A stretch of DNA of 64,000 nucleotides from assembly GCA_949156565.1 (NCBI GenBank), contig CASCZI010000001.1, positions 118,856 to 182,855 of the forward strand, written 5' to 3'. Under the pieces are notes generated by a model. That model was not told the origin of the DNA. It saw only the letters and a program-made list of their open reading frames with translations, and did no database searches. Below, in pieces: positions 63,837-64,000 of the stretch (position 1 is the stretch's first letter; every line of letters starts with the position of its first letter). The stretch comes from an uncultured Alphaproteobacteria bacterium. GTDB lineage: Bacteria; Pseudomonadota; Alphaproteobacteria; Rs-D84. The translations under genes were made by a program, and so were the position numbers.

Positions 63837-64000
63837 CTAGCGTTGAAAAAGGGCGTTCAAACGTTTTTCAACCGAATCACCGATGGTGTGGGCACTATAT
63901 TCTGTGATGTCGGGGCAAGAATTGATTAATGCGGCCTGTTGGGCGCCGATGGCGCCGCGGTTGGGACATGTTTTATCAATATGATGCGAAAATTCATGGG
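63837..64000 (-). CDS. Partial CDS (C-terminal about 54 codons; N-terminus beyond the window)
   Basis: Open minus-strand frame ending ...CPDITEYSAHTIGDSVEKRLNALFQR* and running to the window edge. Confidence 0.25.
   Translation of the reverse strand, partial: HEFSHHIDKTCPNRGAIGAQQAALINSCPDITEYSAHTIGDSVEKRLNALFQR

Overview
This 64-kb window looks like chromosome from a moderately AT-rich alphaproteobacterium. The gene content suggests an intracellular or endosymbiont lineage (Rickettsiales/Holosporales-like). This lineage call is inferred from gene content only; no phylogenetic analysis was possible. Most of the window is densely packed housekeeping genes:

- DNA replication and repair: gyrB, topA, dnaG, recF, ung, mutS, xseB.
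- Cell wall and shape: mreB is separated from mreC, mreD, mrdA and rodA.
- Translation and RNA: rpmI, rplT, pheS, pheT, rpsO, truB, rnpA, yidD, ychF, a cysteine-less rpmJ, an ABC-F ATPase, rsmG, sspB, and tRNA-fMet, tRNA-Cys and tRNA-Val.
- Lipid metabolism: accB, accC, gpsA.
- Lipid A and envelope: lpxC, lpxK, a DUF374 protein, a PagL-like deacylase, a GT8 glycosyltransferase, rmlACDB.
- Partitioning and efflux: parA, parB, and a TolC/MacA/split-MacB efflux set.

Embedded among these are accessory or host-interaction loci:

1. An orphan four-gene secretion/pilus inner-membrane module. It has a GspE/PilB-like tetracysteine ATPase, a GspF/PilC-like platform protein, a bitopic protein and a coiled-coil protein. 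The gene order matches R64 pilO-P-Q-R. No pilin, secretin or prepilin peptidase is present in the window.
2. A detached virB3-virB4 pair, co-transcribed with a small secreted HExxH protein. Upstream is a repeat-rich regulatory region.
3. Two secreted cysteine-rich proteins with ephrin-receptor-like CxxGYY...CxxC repeats. One has its start codon embedded in a perfect 21-bp inverted duplication.
4. A compact two-gene cassette of unknown function next to gyrB, with its own promoter and a long-stem terminator.
5. A roughly 0.5-kb non-coding region dense with hairpins and palindromes next to parB.
6. Two parS-like 18-bp palindromes near parA.
7. A frameshifted EEP-nuclease pseudogene and a tRNA-fragment scar downstream of tRNA-fMet.

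No CRISPR arrays, transposases or integrases were seen.
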